Below, one piece after another: positions 10,508 to 22,192 of a stretch of DNA of 64,000 nt. Numbering within the stretch: position 1 is the stretch's first letter; each line of letters opens with the position of its first letter. Source of the stretch: Octopus vulgaris (Eukaryota); assembly GCA_951406725.2 (NCBI GenBank), contig OX597816.1, positions 131,192,001-131,256,000 of the forward strand, in the 5' to 3' direction. The translations under genes and the position numbers were made by a program. Below the pieces are notes generated by a model. It did not search any database. It saw only the letters and a program-made list of their open reading frames with translations, and was not told the DNA's origin.

Positions 10508-11336
10508 TGCTCTCTCTATTTCAGGCTGACAAACCCAGCTGAATAATTAATTGACCGAACAATCTAACAATTTATTTGTTAAATGATTAACTAATAAATA
10601 ATAGATAATTAAAGAAATGAAATAAAACCAGTGCATATGTTTATCATTTTCTACTCCAGGCACAAGGCCCGAAATTTTGGTGGAGGGGGCCAGTCGATTA
10701 GATTGATCCCAGTATGCAACTGGTACTTAATTCATCGGTCCCAAAAGGATGAAAGGCCAAGTCGACCTCGGCTGAATTTGAACTCAGAACGTAACGGAGT
10801 CCATATATTTATTATTAGCATAATGACCCTCCCAAGATATATCAAAATCTGTTTCAACACATCAGTTCATATCAAGAATCTTGCAAACCAAATATAAAAA
10901 TGAAATATTCTCATATTCTATCCTATAGTAACTATAACATTTTAATATGTTTAACTCCATAATTGCCTCTGTTGTGTGTTTCTTTCTATTTTCTTGTTAC
11001 AGAACTGTTTTGTCTTTAGACTCATTCCTCATGCACTTTTACTGTATATTCAACCTTTACTCAACAATTTGTTTGCTTTTATTTAGTTTATAATTAATCA
11101 GACCAACTTTGTTAATAATAAAATTCAATATATACCTAACAAATTCTATGTACATAAAGAACACTACATACAATGGCTGGAGTATTTAGCTCATGGTTGG
11201 CTCATGATCACAAAGGTCATGAGTTTGATTCCTGGACTTTGTGTCCTTAAGCAAAACATTTGACTTCAAGTTACTCCAGTCTATTCATCTGAAATTAATA
11301 CCATCATTTGAGAGCTGATGTAACCCCAACTCCACC

Positions 11337-11427
<91 letters not shown>

Positions 11428-11439
11428 CTCTCTCTCTGA

Positions 11440-12410
11440 TTGTTCTGAGTTGCTTGGAAGGCTTCATAGGCATGGATTGAGTGCAGGGGTACAGACACCA
11501 ACAGTATGTTTTTAGGAACTCATTTTTGCTAAGATAGATGAGTATTCTTTAGCATGGTGAATCACCATTCATCTTGGTCCTTTGTCATCTCCTTTGTGAG
11601 GCTCAGTAATCTGAGTTTCATCTCCACTACTTTGTCCCACATCTTCCTGGGTCCTCTCTTCCATGAATTTCATCCACATTAAGTGATTGTCTCTTCTTTA
11701 TGCAGCTGCACTCATCCATACACATCACATGACCATACCAGTTCAGTCTTCTCTCTTGTATACTATATCTGATACTTCTTATGTTCTATTTTGCTTTCAG
11801 CCCATTTGTATTTTGCCATACATGTACTCTGACATTGCACATCCAGCAGAGCATACTCACTTCATTTCTTTCTAGTTCATACACATCACATGGCCATACT
11901 AGCTCAGTCTTCTCTTTTGTATATTGCAATTGTATATCCTTGTGCTCTATTTTTGTCTCAACACATTTGCATTTTGTCATATATGCACTTTGATATTGCA
12001 CATCCAGCAGAACATGCTAGCTTTACATGTCCTCTGCATTTATGCCCCATGTTTCACTATTATGTAGCATTGTCGTTTGTACACAAGCATCATACAATCT
12101 GCCTTTCACCCTAAGAGAAAGGCCTTTTGTTACCAACAAAGGTAATAGCTCTCTAAACTATCTCCAGCTTTTTTGTATTCTAGCTGGATATCCTCCACTA
12201 CTGCTAATTAGGTCATCAAGATAACTGTCTACTATCTCTAAGGATCTTTCTGATCATTTGAGAAAATCTAATTCCTGTGTGTTCATAGTGTTCTTGTTCC
12301 TGTGCATCTGCCACACACAAAGATTACTTTCTCTGTTAATCTTCCAGTGATTCCACTCCATCTCTTGTGTGTCCATAGTTTGAACTGGGTACATCATATT
12401 GAATTACTAG
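11440..12410 (-). mobile_element. Old degenerate RTE-clade LINE fragment
   Basis: Recognisable similarity to 30790-31500 (cacatgaccataccag, ctctgacattgcacatccagc, ggccttttgttaccaacaaaggtaatagctctctaaac, gtgtccatagtttgaactgggtaca), with internal duplication. Confidence 0.75.
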
Positions 12411-12846
12411 CTACTGTATTTAGTGTTTCCTAAAATTTTGCTTTACAGATCCCAAAGACATATGTTACTCTTCATCAAATATTATACTGCATTCATTTTT
12501 GCATCCTTTTATTCAACACTTGACAATATTGCTTTATCCTTTCTTTTTCTTTCAGGATCAAGGCTGTATTCCTTAGATTTTTATCGTTAGGTTTAAAACA
12601 AAATAAAACATACATGTGAATGTTGAGAAACAATCATTTCTGTAATGGCCTTCTCTTATCAACATGCTACTATCACTAGTCTATCTTCCATTTACCTCTG
12701 CATTGATACAGCAATTGTTTCCATTCCTTTAACAAGCATTTTATATGGATCACCCCATCAAAACCTAACTGATGATGTACCTGACTTACATCATCTCATC
12801 TCTTCAATATCTTATTCCTAAACTCTTCTAAACACTTTGTGTAATC

Positions 12847-13102
12847 CAGTGGTTCTCAACCAGTTTTTACTTATGGATACCCTATGATTCCTGTTTTACT
12901 TAGAGGGACCCTCATAGTCACTTGATGTTTTGAAAAATCTTATTACATTTTTATATTTCAATATTATTAAGAATTGTATTAAAAAAATTGTTAAAATATT
13001 TTGTGTATTCTAGAAGTATAACAGGTTTATTGGGAATAATTTTAACAACAGAATCCTATGTAGACCCCCAAGAGTCATATGGACCCCAGTTGAGAACCAC
13101 TG
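12847..13102. mobile_element. hAT (Charlie-like) MITE
   Basis: TIRs CAGTGGTTCTCAAC / GTTGAGAACCACTG. Degenerate 8-bp TSD gtgtaatc / atttaatc. Confidence 0.8.
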
Positions 13103-14285
13103 ATTTAATCCACTCACACCTTCCCAGCAGACATCAACCTACAGAAATTCAAGATGAATAATATCAACCATATTGATCTCACCCAGATCTGTAAAGGTTA
13201 CAAACAAAATATTACTCTTCCTTTTCTTTTTCAGGTTAAAAGATTTAAAATTTATTTACAGAAATTCTAAACTAGTCTTTTATTTATTTTATCATCAAAT
13301 AAATTATATTGATTATTGTCTTTTTGTTTTTCCAACTGATATAATAGTTGAAGTACATTCACTATTTTCATAGTGTTTTTTGAACTTAAGTCGCATGAAC
13401 TTAGATTATTTGCTACCATAAACTGTATTATTTATTAATTTTTGTGATATTTTCTATAAATCATTTTGACAGATGTTATTCTCATGTACCTAATTCCTCT
13501 TTAATCATAATCTTTAACACCAAATTAACTATCACTTAAATGATTTGGTTCATTTTTTTTTTTCTTTCATGAGGGAGTAATTTTTACTTTCTTTAAGAGG
13601 CTTAAACTAATTATAGGTAATTTCAACTCTTTGCATGTGCCACTTGATATTTTTCAAACAGGAATTTGGTATAAATAAATGCTTCTATTTTCTGAAATAG
13701 ACTGTCTATTAATATCCAGTTTTTTTTATTATTATCATTTTCATTTATTTATGTATTTATTTATTCTGTGGTTGTAATCTATGAACAACTGTCTTCAAGG
13801 CTGGTGTATATTCTAATATCAGTTGTTGTGCATGACTCCACCTGCCCCACCCTACTTTAGGCTTTTACAGCATTAACTAAAGCTTTAATTCAAGCAATAA
13901 GATAGCTTTTATTGTTAATGATAAAGATAACATCATGAAAGACATTCCTCATTTACAATTTTCACCAACCTTTTAATTCAACATCTGTTAACCCGTGTCT
14001 TTGTTATAAGCAGAGAATCCTTTTTACATACATACTCTTTCAGAATATTTTCAGATTTATATCAGTTGCTAAATTTTCTTGCTGGCACAAGTACCTCCAC
14101 TTCCTTCTCCCCAGCATTTATAGTGTGTGCTGAAATATCTTATTCTTTTGATTTTCAATCTGTTTCAATTTTTTTGAAGCAGAAATTAGTTCAATCACAG
14201 TTTTATCCATTGACATTTAAAAGTTGGCTACAAACTTACGTTAGAAATAAGCCAAGGTTATTATTATTATTATTATTATTATGTA

Positions 14286-14498
14286 AGGCACTGAGCTGGC
14301 AGAATCGTTAGTATGCTGGATGAAATACTTAGTGGTATTTTGCCTGTTGCTACATTCTGGGTTCAAATTCTGCCAAGGTCAACTTTGTCTTTCATCCTTT
14401 CGAGGTCGATGAATTAAGTACCAGTGAAACACTGGGGTAGATGTAATCAACTATCCCCTTCCCCCATAATTACTGCCCCTGTGCCTATAGTAAAAAGG

Positions 14499-14539
<41 letters not shown>

Positions 14540-14762
14540 CATTATTATTATTAAGGCAGTGAGCTGGCAGAATCCTTAGCACACCAGGCAAAATGCTTAG
14601 CTGCATTTCGTCTGTCTTTTACATTCTGAGTTCAAATTCTGCCAAGATTGACTTTGCCTTTCATCCTTTCAGAGTTGATAAATTAAGTACCAATTGTGTA
14701 CTGGGGTCGATCTAATCAACTGGCCCCCTCCCCAAAAATGTTGGGCCTTGTACCTAGAGTAG
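14286..14762 (+). mobile_element. Two tandem SINE family 2 copies in (TTA)n (others ~9090-9275 -, 10290-10380, 10655-10800 -, 19665-20103, 35500-35880 -, 54255-54470, 55155-55365 -, 62368-62550 -)
   Basis: gagctggcagaatcgttag...gttcaaattctgccaaggtcaactttgtctttcatcctttcgaggtcgatgaattaagtaccag. The central part resembles the Deu/Nin SINE core. Confidence 0.8.
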
Positions 14763-14810
<48 letters not shown>

Positions 14811-16886
14811 TAGATATTCAGGTTTAAGTTTAAATAACCGTATATTCAATTGTAAAATTTTTCATGTACTTGGGTTTCTTTTGTATTTCAAGTTGATGGG
14901 CATGCATTAATTTACAATCCTTGTTTTGGGGGGGAGAAACATAACATATTTTATATAGGATAATCTTCTTAATTAAAATTAACATTGGTCCATGTAAAGA
15001 CATTGATTTATGTGCCCTTGGTAAAAGAAAAAAGAAAAAGCAACATTTATTGAGCTAAAATAATTTTCTTTTTTTTTTTAAATCCCCCAAACCACTTCAG
15101 ATCTAACAACTGCTTGCAATTATTGAACCAGTATTGTACTGGGAAAGTATAGACAACAGTGACATGTTTGTGTTGAATTTTGACACTCCTCTGATCAAAC
15201 AGGTTAGCTGAACTGCAATGACAACAACAAAAGCAACAATAACAAGGTTGCTTTTTGTTTTGTTTTTGTTTATTTTTTACATTAGCACATTTTTTACATG
15301 TCACCTGGTGATATGCCTGTTTGCAGTTTTATTCACTCTAACAAGATTAAAGGTAAAGTTACCTACATTAAAATGTGAAACCAGAACACAGAAGGAAGAA
15401 AAATAAAATCAGATGATACCATCATCATTGTCATTGTTTTAACATCCACTTTTCCATGCTGACATGGGTTGGATAGGGTATATTAAGACAAATTTTTCTA
15501 TAGCTGGATACCCTTCATGTTGCCAATTTGTACCTCTCTCCAAGCAAAATATTATTTCCCCATAGCCAGACATGTTTTTGCAAAATATTGATTATTGCAA
15601 ATGATGTACATTTACAATAATCACATGATATCAAGACAAGGAAATGCACGCACACACACACAAGGTAGCCAAGTATCTCCTCTATAGTAAGACACCTATC
15701 TCTATCCCTCTGTTGTGCTCACCAGGCACAAAGCCACTTCCCTTGGTTCTACTCCCTCTCCCTATTAAAAGGTCTTTGTCTCACAAGGTATTTGGTGGTC
15801 CTACCGGTGTTGGTGCTACATAAAAAGCATCTAGTACACTCTTTAAAGTGATTGGCATTAAGAGGGGCCTCCAGTTATAGAAACCATGCTAAAGCTGACA
15901 ATGGAGCTCATTGCTGCTCTCCGACTTGCCATCTCCTGTCAAAATAACCAACCTATGCCAGCATGGTGGACAGATGTTAAATAATGTTGATGATGATGAT
16001 GTATATATTAAAAGAGATTCTTTCAGTCTCCTTTCCAAAACATTCACTCACAAGACTTTGGTTGGCTCAAGACTAAATAATAAAAGGCACTTGACCAAGG
16101 TGTCACATTGAGGGACCGAATCCCAAACCATGTGGTTGGAAAGCAGACTTCTTAACCACACAGCCACGCCTGTACTTTCAATGCTTCAGTTCACCTGGGG
16201 TTATAGTAGGAGACACTTACCCAAGGTGCCATGCAGTGGGGCTGAACCTGAAACTATGTAGTTGGGAAGCAAACTTCTCAACTACATAAACCACACCAGC
16301 ACCTATAATTAATAATAATTAATAATTTCTAACTTAATAATTTCTAGGACACGTTTTAGAATGAAAATTTTTATTCCATTGAATCAACCATAAGAGTTGT
16401 ATTGAATTGAGAAGGATGAAAGGTAAAGTCAACCTCAGTGGGAATTAAACTTAGAATGTGAAGGGAGATAAGTTAACAGTGCAAGGTTATAATCAAAGAT
16501 ACCTTCTGGTTATAATCAAAGATACCTTTATAGTAGGCCTACACAGTCAGGGCTAACCTCAGGTTAAATATCAAGAGTAACAACCAAAATTAAACAAGAG
16601 ACCAACATCAGTTATATACTATGCAACCTACATACAGAAACATCTGACTACCACATTCTTCTTAAAACCAGAATATATCCACAGACATGCCAGAGTAGTT
16701 ATATCCATTGGTAAGACTGCAGGCACTTAAAAATGAAATCTCACAAGTATGCACTGTGTTTGATAATTGACCTTGAGAAGGCTATAATACTCTGGGACAT
16801 ATGTACCAAAGGAATCACAGTGAACTCCTCAAGTATCATTCTCTAAGGAGGAAAGGAAGTTGAGATCCTATCGAAGTACAAGGATA

Positions 16887-17132
16887 TACAGTTCTATATT
16901 TAAGAGATGATGAATTATGTACATTATTTACATTTGACGGATATTTGTCCCCATCTTGTTTGTTGTTAACACGTTTTGGCTGATATACCCTCCAGCTTTC
17001 ATCAGGTGTCTTGGGGAAATTTTGAACCTGGGTTCTCATGCCTACGGTATTTTTCAATGTTGTTAGTATTATTATTATTATTATTTGTTGTTATTATTCA
17101 GGTCACTGCCAGGAATTGAATTTGGGCAGTGA

Positions 17133-17144
<12 letters not shown>
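16887..17144 (-). mobile_element. Short element with decayed hammerhead (16968-17010) and fold-back 5' end
   Basis: Minus strand: GACAC CTGATGA A AGCTG-gagggtatat-CAGCC AAA ACGT GTT. Perfect 20-bp arms at 17091-17110 and 17125-17144. Confidence 0.6.
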
Positions 17145-17170
<26 letters not shown>

Positions 17171-17173
<3 letters not shown>

Positions 17174-18853
17174 CTTGTCAATAGCCTGGATAGACTATAA
17201 AAAAGCTTTTGATAGCCTACCACATAGATTAAGGAATGCTGGAAATGCATAAAATAGCACCTACTCTGCAAAACTTTTTGTCTGTATGTATGAGATCATG
17301 GAGAACCACACTGACTTTGAACAGTGACAATGAATCTCTAAATGCTGGAGATGTAAAACTTTCATGTGGCATTTTCCATGGTGACTCACTATCACCACTC
17401 CTCTTTTGTTTAGCCTTAATACCTTTCTCAAAATTGCTCAATGATGCATAATACGGTTATAAAATGTTTGATAAAAATATAAATCATCTCATTTACATGG
17501 ATGATTTAAAGCTCTTTGCAAAAAATAACCAACAACTCAAGGGCTTACTAGCAATTGTTAAACAATTCAATGATGACATCAGAATGCAATTTGACCTCGA
17601 TAAATGTGCAAAAGCTACCTTTATCAAAGGAAAATGACAGAAACATCTAACATTAACCTTGACCAACAGAATGTCATAAAAGTGTTAGAACCAGCAGAGA
17701 GCTACAAATACCTAGGGGTACTTGAAGGGGACAGAATCAGGCATTCAGTGATGAGGGAAAGGATCAAGAGAGAATGTTATTGCAGGGTGAGAGCCATACT
17801 TGAGACAGAGCTGAATGCAAGAAACAGGATCGAAGTGATCAATGCTTTAGCCATACCAGTCTTGACTTACAGTTTCAATATCATTAACTGGTCAATTACT
17901 GAAATATGTAATCTTGACAGAAAAATACGAAAACTGTTGGCAATGCATAGAATGCACCACCCTAAGGCAGATATAGAACGGATTTATCTGCCAAGAAAAG
18001 AAGGAGGCCATGGACTTTTACAACTGGCATTAACAATGAAGATTACCACAATTGGCCTAGACGCCTACCAGAAAAACTCTGAGGAATGGATGTTAAAACT
18101 TGTCTCAAAACATGAAAACAAGAAAACATCATACTCAGTAACAAAACAGGCAAAGGAATATCTAAGTGAATTCCAAATACAACAAATTCCGGAATTAGAC
18201 ATACGAGAAACAAGTGCAGGAAAAGCTAAGCTCATGAAAACCTGTGCTAAAACTACTGCCTTAGATATTCTGACTGATAAATGGCAAGAAAAACCTCTCA
18301 ATGACAAATACCCAAAGAGAGCGAATAATGCCGATGTTGACAAAGCCCTTACTCATCAATGGCTAATGGCTTCTGGCTTAAAATCTGAAATAGAAGGGTT
18401 TATCATAGCAGCCCAAGATCAATGCCTACCCTCAAGGAACTACCAGGCCAACATATTAAAGAACGGCAGCTTCCCAACAAAATGGAACTATTGATCATGT
18501 TGTCTCCAAGTGCAGTCTTCTTGTGCCTACAGAGTATCTAAACAGGCATGATAGAGCTGCACAATATATTCACTGGGTAATTTGCAAAAACCTGGACTTG
18601 CCCCATGATAAAAACTGGTGAGAATACAAACCACCTCCAGTGCTTGAAAATGACCACATCTCACTCCTCTGGAACTTCACCATTCAAACTGACAGAGAGA
18701 TAGATACAAATAGGCCAGGCATCATATTGAAAGACTTCAGACAAAAATCATGCCTCCTCATTGATATGACTGCCCCAATCGATATAAACGTATCTGTCAA
18801 GACCTACCAAAAACTGAGCAAGTATAAAGATCTTGAAATAGAAATTAGCAAAA
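17171..18853 (+). mobile_element. R4/Dong-like RLE non-LTR retrotransposon, 5'-truncated and frameshifted
   Basis: NLSIAWIDYKKAFDS, GIFHGDSLSPLLFCLAL, HLIYMDDLKLF, YKYLG, RIYLPRKEGGHGL, FIIAAQDQCL, DHVVSKC...YLNRHD and RLE RPGIIL...LIDMTAP...KLSKYKDL. Begins in a (TAA)n tract. Confidence 0.9.
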
Positions 18854-19129
18854 TAATGTATAAGGATATACTTGTAAATACAATGCTAATAATAATTGGG
18901 ATAATAGCTGTGGTAAAAAAGATTTTTAACCCCAGTACTTGATTGGAACTTTATTTTATCAACCTCAGACGAAAGACAAAATCTACCTCACCAAGATTTG
19001 TCAACACCAGCAAGTTCAAATCTCGATGCAAATCTGCAAATTTTGGGCCTTGTGCATGTGTTAGAATCACTTATTATTATTATTATTATTATTATTACAT
19101 AACTGTTCAATATTTGGTAGATTGAGGCA

Positions 19130-19650
19130 AATTTCTACTGCTTCACCTGCTACACCTCCATGTTGCTGGGGTGTGTGCAGCATTGTCTGTCCTTTTCTGT
19201 TGTTGGGAATGTGCAAATTCTTCCCAGTACTGTATTGAATCAGCTTTTTTCTCTTGAGTTGTGCTGCTGCCTTCTGTTGTGTTACTACTTATGTTATGTG
19301 TTGAGTGTATATTGCTTTGATTTTCTGGCTTGCTGGTGGGAGTTTATTTTACTTGGTAAATGCTGTATAGTGTGTGTCTTATATTTGTGGGTTGTTTTGT
19401 TTAGGTTGTATTGTTGGATTTATAGTGTCTTTCATAGAATGTTGGCTGTTCCTAGTAGGGTTATTTTCTGGACAGTGTGTAGTTTTGAGGAAACAGGTAT
19501 AGCTTCTACATTTTTGTTCATATGATTTTTTTTTATCATGCCCAATGCTCCAATTATTATTGGTATTATTTTACCCTCACGCCCACATTTTGAACACTTC
19601 AATTTTGAGGTTTTTGTACTTCAACAATTTCTTCACTTCTTTTTTGACAT
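19130..19650 (-). mobile_element. 3' end of a second RLE-type LINE
   Basis: Minus strand KEVKKLLKYKNLKIEVFKMW...IIPIIIGALGMIKK followed by a putative 3' UTR. Confidence 0.65.
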
Positions 19651-19829
19651 AATCATTATTATTAAAGCAGTGATCTGGCAGGATTGTTAGCATGCCAGGA
19701 AAATTGCTTAGCAGCATCTTTACGTTCTGAGTTCAAATTCTGCTGAGATCAACTTTGCCTTTCATCCTTTCAGGGTCAATAAATTAAGTCTCCCTCCAAA
19801 TTTGAGGCCTTGTGCCTCCAGTAGAAAGG

Positions 19830-19891
<62 letters not shown>

Positions 19892-20284
19892 AGCAGCAAG
19901 CTGGCAGAAGCATTAACATGCCTGGCAAAAATGCTTAGCAGCATTTTGTCCATCTTTACATTCTGAGTTCAAATTCTGCCAAGGTTGACTTTGCTTTTAT
20001 CCTTCTAGTGTCATTAAAATAAGTATCAGCTGAGCACTAGTGTCAATGTAATCAACTTGCTCCCTCCCCAAAGCTTGCTGGTCTTGTGCCAAAATTTGAA
20101 ACCATTATTATTATCAATAATATTAATATGCTAACATTTTGTTTTTGTACATACCTGTTGTATGTATCACACTTACTTCAAAGAAGTGGCAAAGTGATAG
20201 AGAATTTTGAATTTGTCATTTTGGGGTTTCCTGGTATCTGAGCTATTATTATTATTATTATTATTAATAAAATATGGTCTGTTG

Positions 20285-20480
20285 TCTTCTGCTGAACCAA
20301 GATCATCCCTTGACCCTAGGGTCACAGCAGGTCCTCATCTCATGGAGAGTACACAGCATAAAATGTGTGCGGAACCTAGCAACACTATTTTCTGAAGTTC
20401 TCCCACGTTAACACTGCAAGGGAGTTTGTTGAGCTGCTTATCAAGGCCATTTTTAATTAGCCCTAACACTCCAATCATCA
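20285..20480 (-). mobile_element. 3' end of a third RLE-type LINE
   Basis: Minus strand IGVLG..IKNGLDKQLNKLPCSVNVGELQKIVLLGSAHIL, running toward a (TAA)n tract. Confidence 0.65.
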
Positions 20481-20627
20481 TCATCATCATCATCATCATT
20501 ATTATTATTATTATTCACCCATTTTAAAATCTTATCTGCAGCATTTTTTTTTTTACAATAGCAGTTTATATTTTTTAGTTATTAATATATTACTCTAAAT
20601 TTGTCTAATTTTCTTTTATTCTTCCAG

Positions 20628-20703
20628 GTTGGCGAAAGAATACGAGTTATATTGGACTGTGAAGATAATACATTAGCCTTTGAAAAAAATTATGAATTCC
20701 TAG
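20628..20703 (+). CDS. FBXO45: F-box/SPRY domain protein 1 (FBXO45/Fsn), penultimate coding exon
   Basis: Polypyrimidine ttccag acceptor; [26 protein letters not shown]; gtaaaa donor (phase 1). Matches the FBXO45 SPRY C-terminus ([26 protein letters not shown] in human). Confidence 0.95.
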
Positions 20704-20907
20704 GTAAAAAATTTTCATATATATATATACATGCACACAAATTCACTATTAATACACCAGTACATTTTCACCATATTTTATTTCATAGCAAAACTCTGTT
20801 TTAACCATATTCATCAGTATATATATCTATCTTATATATATTTATATAGAAATATAAGTATATATATACATCAGTATATATATATATATCTATCTGAGAT
20901 ATATGTA

Positions 20908-22122
20908 TTGGGTCATCCCATAAAGAATGCAGTTTTTTTTATACTTCTGTTATTTTTCAATAGGTCTTTTTTAATCTAAAATATACTCTCCTTCATTTTC
21001 TACAATGCTCTTCCATCTATCTGGTAGACTTCACTTGTTCATGAAAAAAAATACTCCTCCAGTACTGTTCTGACCTCATCTACAGAATTCATATTTTTTC
21101 CATCCAAATGATTTTGAAGACTGCAGAATAAATGGTAATCAAATGGGGCAATGTCTGGTGAATATGGTGGGTGGGGTATCGTTTCCCATTCAAACTGCTC
21201 CAGCCTTTGGAATGTCATCTTCACTGCATATGGCCAAGCATTATTCTAATGGAAGAACACCTTCCATTTTGAAAGCAAAGATGGTCGTTTTCCTTCTAGT
21301 GCTAACTTAAGCTGCTCAAGCTGCTCACAGTAGTTCTCCTTTGTTATTGTTTGGTTTGGGTTTAAAAGTTCAAAGTGGACTAAACCTTTCATATCCCACC
21401 TAACAGATAACAAAACCTTACGTGGATGAAGACCTTCTTTAGCTTCGGGTGCCAGTGTTTCTCCTTTCCCTACCCACTGTCTTCAGCACTTGACATTTTT
21501 ATAGAGAACCCATTTCTTGTCACCAATCACTATTCTGTCTTGTAAAGGTTCATTCGTGAGATGTGACAGCAAAGAAGAGCACACATTCAATCTCTGCACA
21601 CGATTAGACTTAGAAAGAACCCAATTTGCTGACTTTTCTGATGGCACACAGGTGTTGTTGAATGGTTGAATGACCAAATCCAAGTTTTTCTGCTAGTTCC
21701 TCAACAGTCACAATGGGATTTTGTTCCACCAGGGTTTGTAGGACGTCCTTCTTAAGTTCTACAGATCTTCTAGGACAAGGATTGTCTTCTAGCTGTAGTT
21801 TCCAGCTCAGAATTTCTGGAACCATTGTTGATGCTTATTGTCCCATTCCCATAAACTGCATTAATATTCCTCACACTTTCCGTTGCATTGTTGTCTTTAT
21901 TGAACTCATAAAGCAAAATATGCCGAATATGCTCCTTTGTCACTTCCATTATAGCTTTGAAACAATAACTGTTAAAATTGAACTGCACTTTTCAAAACTT
22001 GCACTCAGAATAAGAATAAGGTAAAATTACTACCTGCTTTCATAGCAGGTAGTTTTTTCTGTCCCACTCCTACTTTTAGTTCATGCAGTTGAAAAAAACC
22101 ACATTATTTATGGGATGATCCA

Positions 22123-22123
<1 letters not shown>
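20908..22123 (-). mobile_element. Mariner transposon, near full-length, transposase pseudogenised
   Basis: TIRs TTGGGTCATCCCATAAA / TTTATGGGATGATCCAA flanked by TA. Fragments MEVTKEHIRHILLYEF, DRIVIGDKKWVLYKN, HPPYSPDIAPFDYHLF. Confidence 0.92.

Positions 22124-22192
<69 letters not shown>

Noticed and set aside
1-20627. Upstream FBXO45 exons
   Set aside because: No exon encoding the expected preceding SPRY sequence (ending near NNAPKYQ) was found by eye. Presumed outside the window, though one could have been missed.
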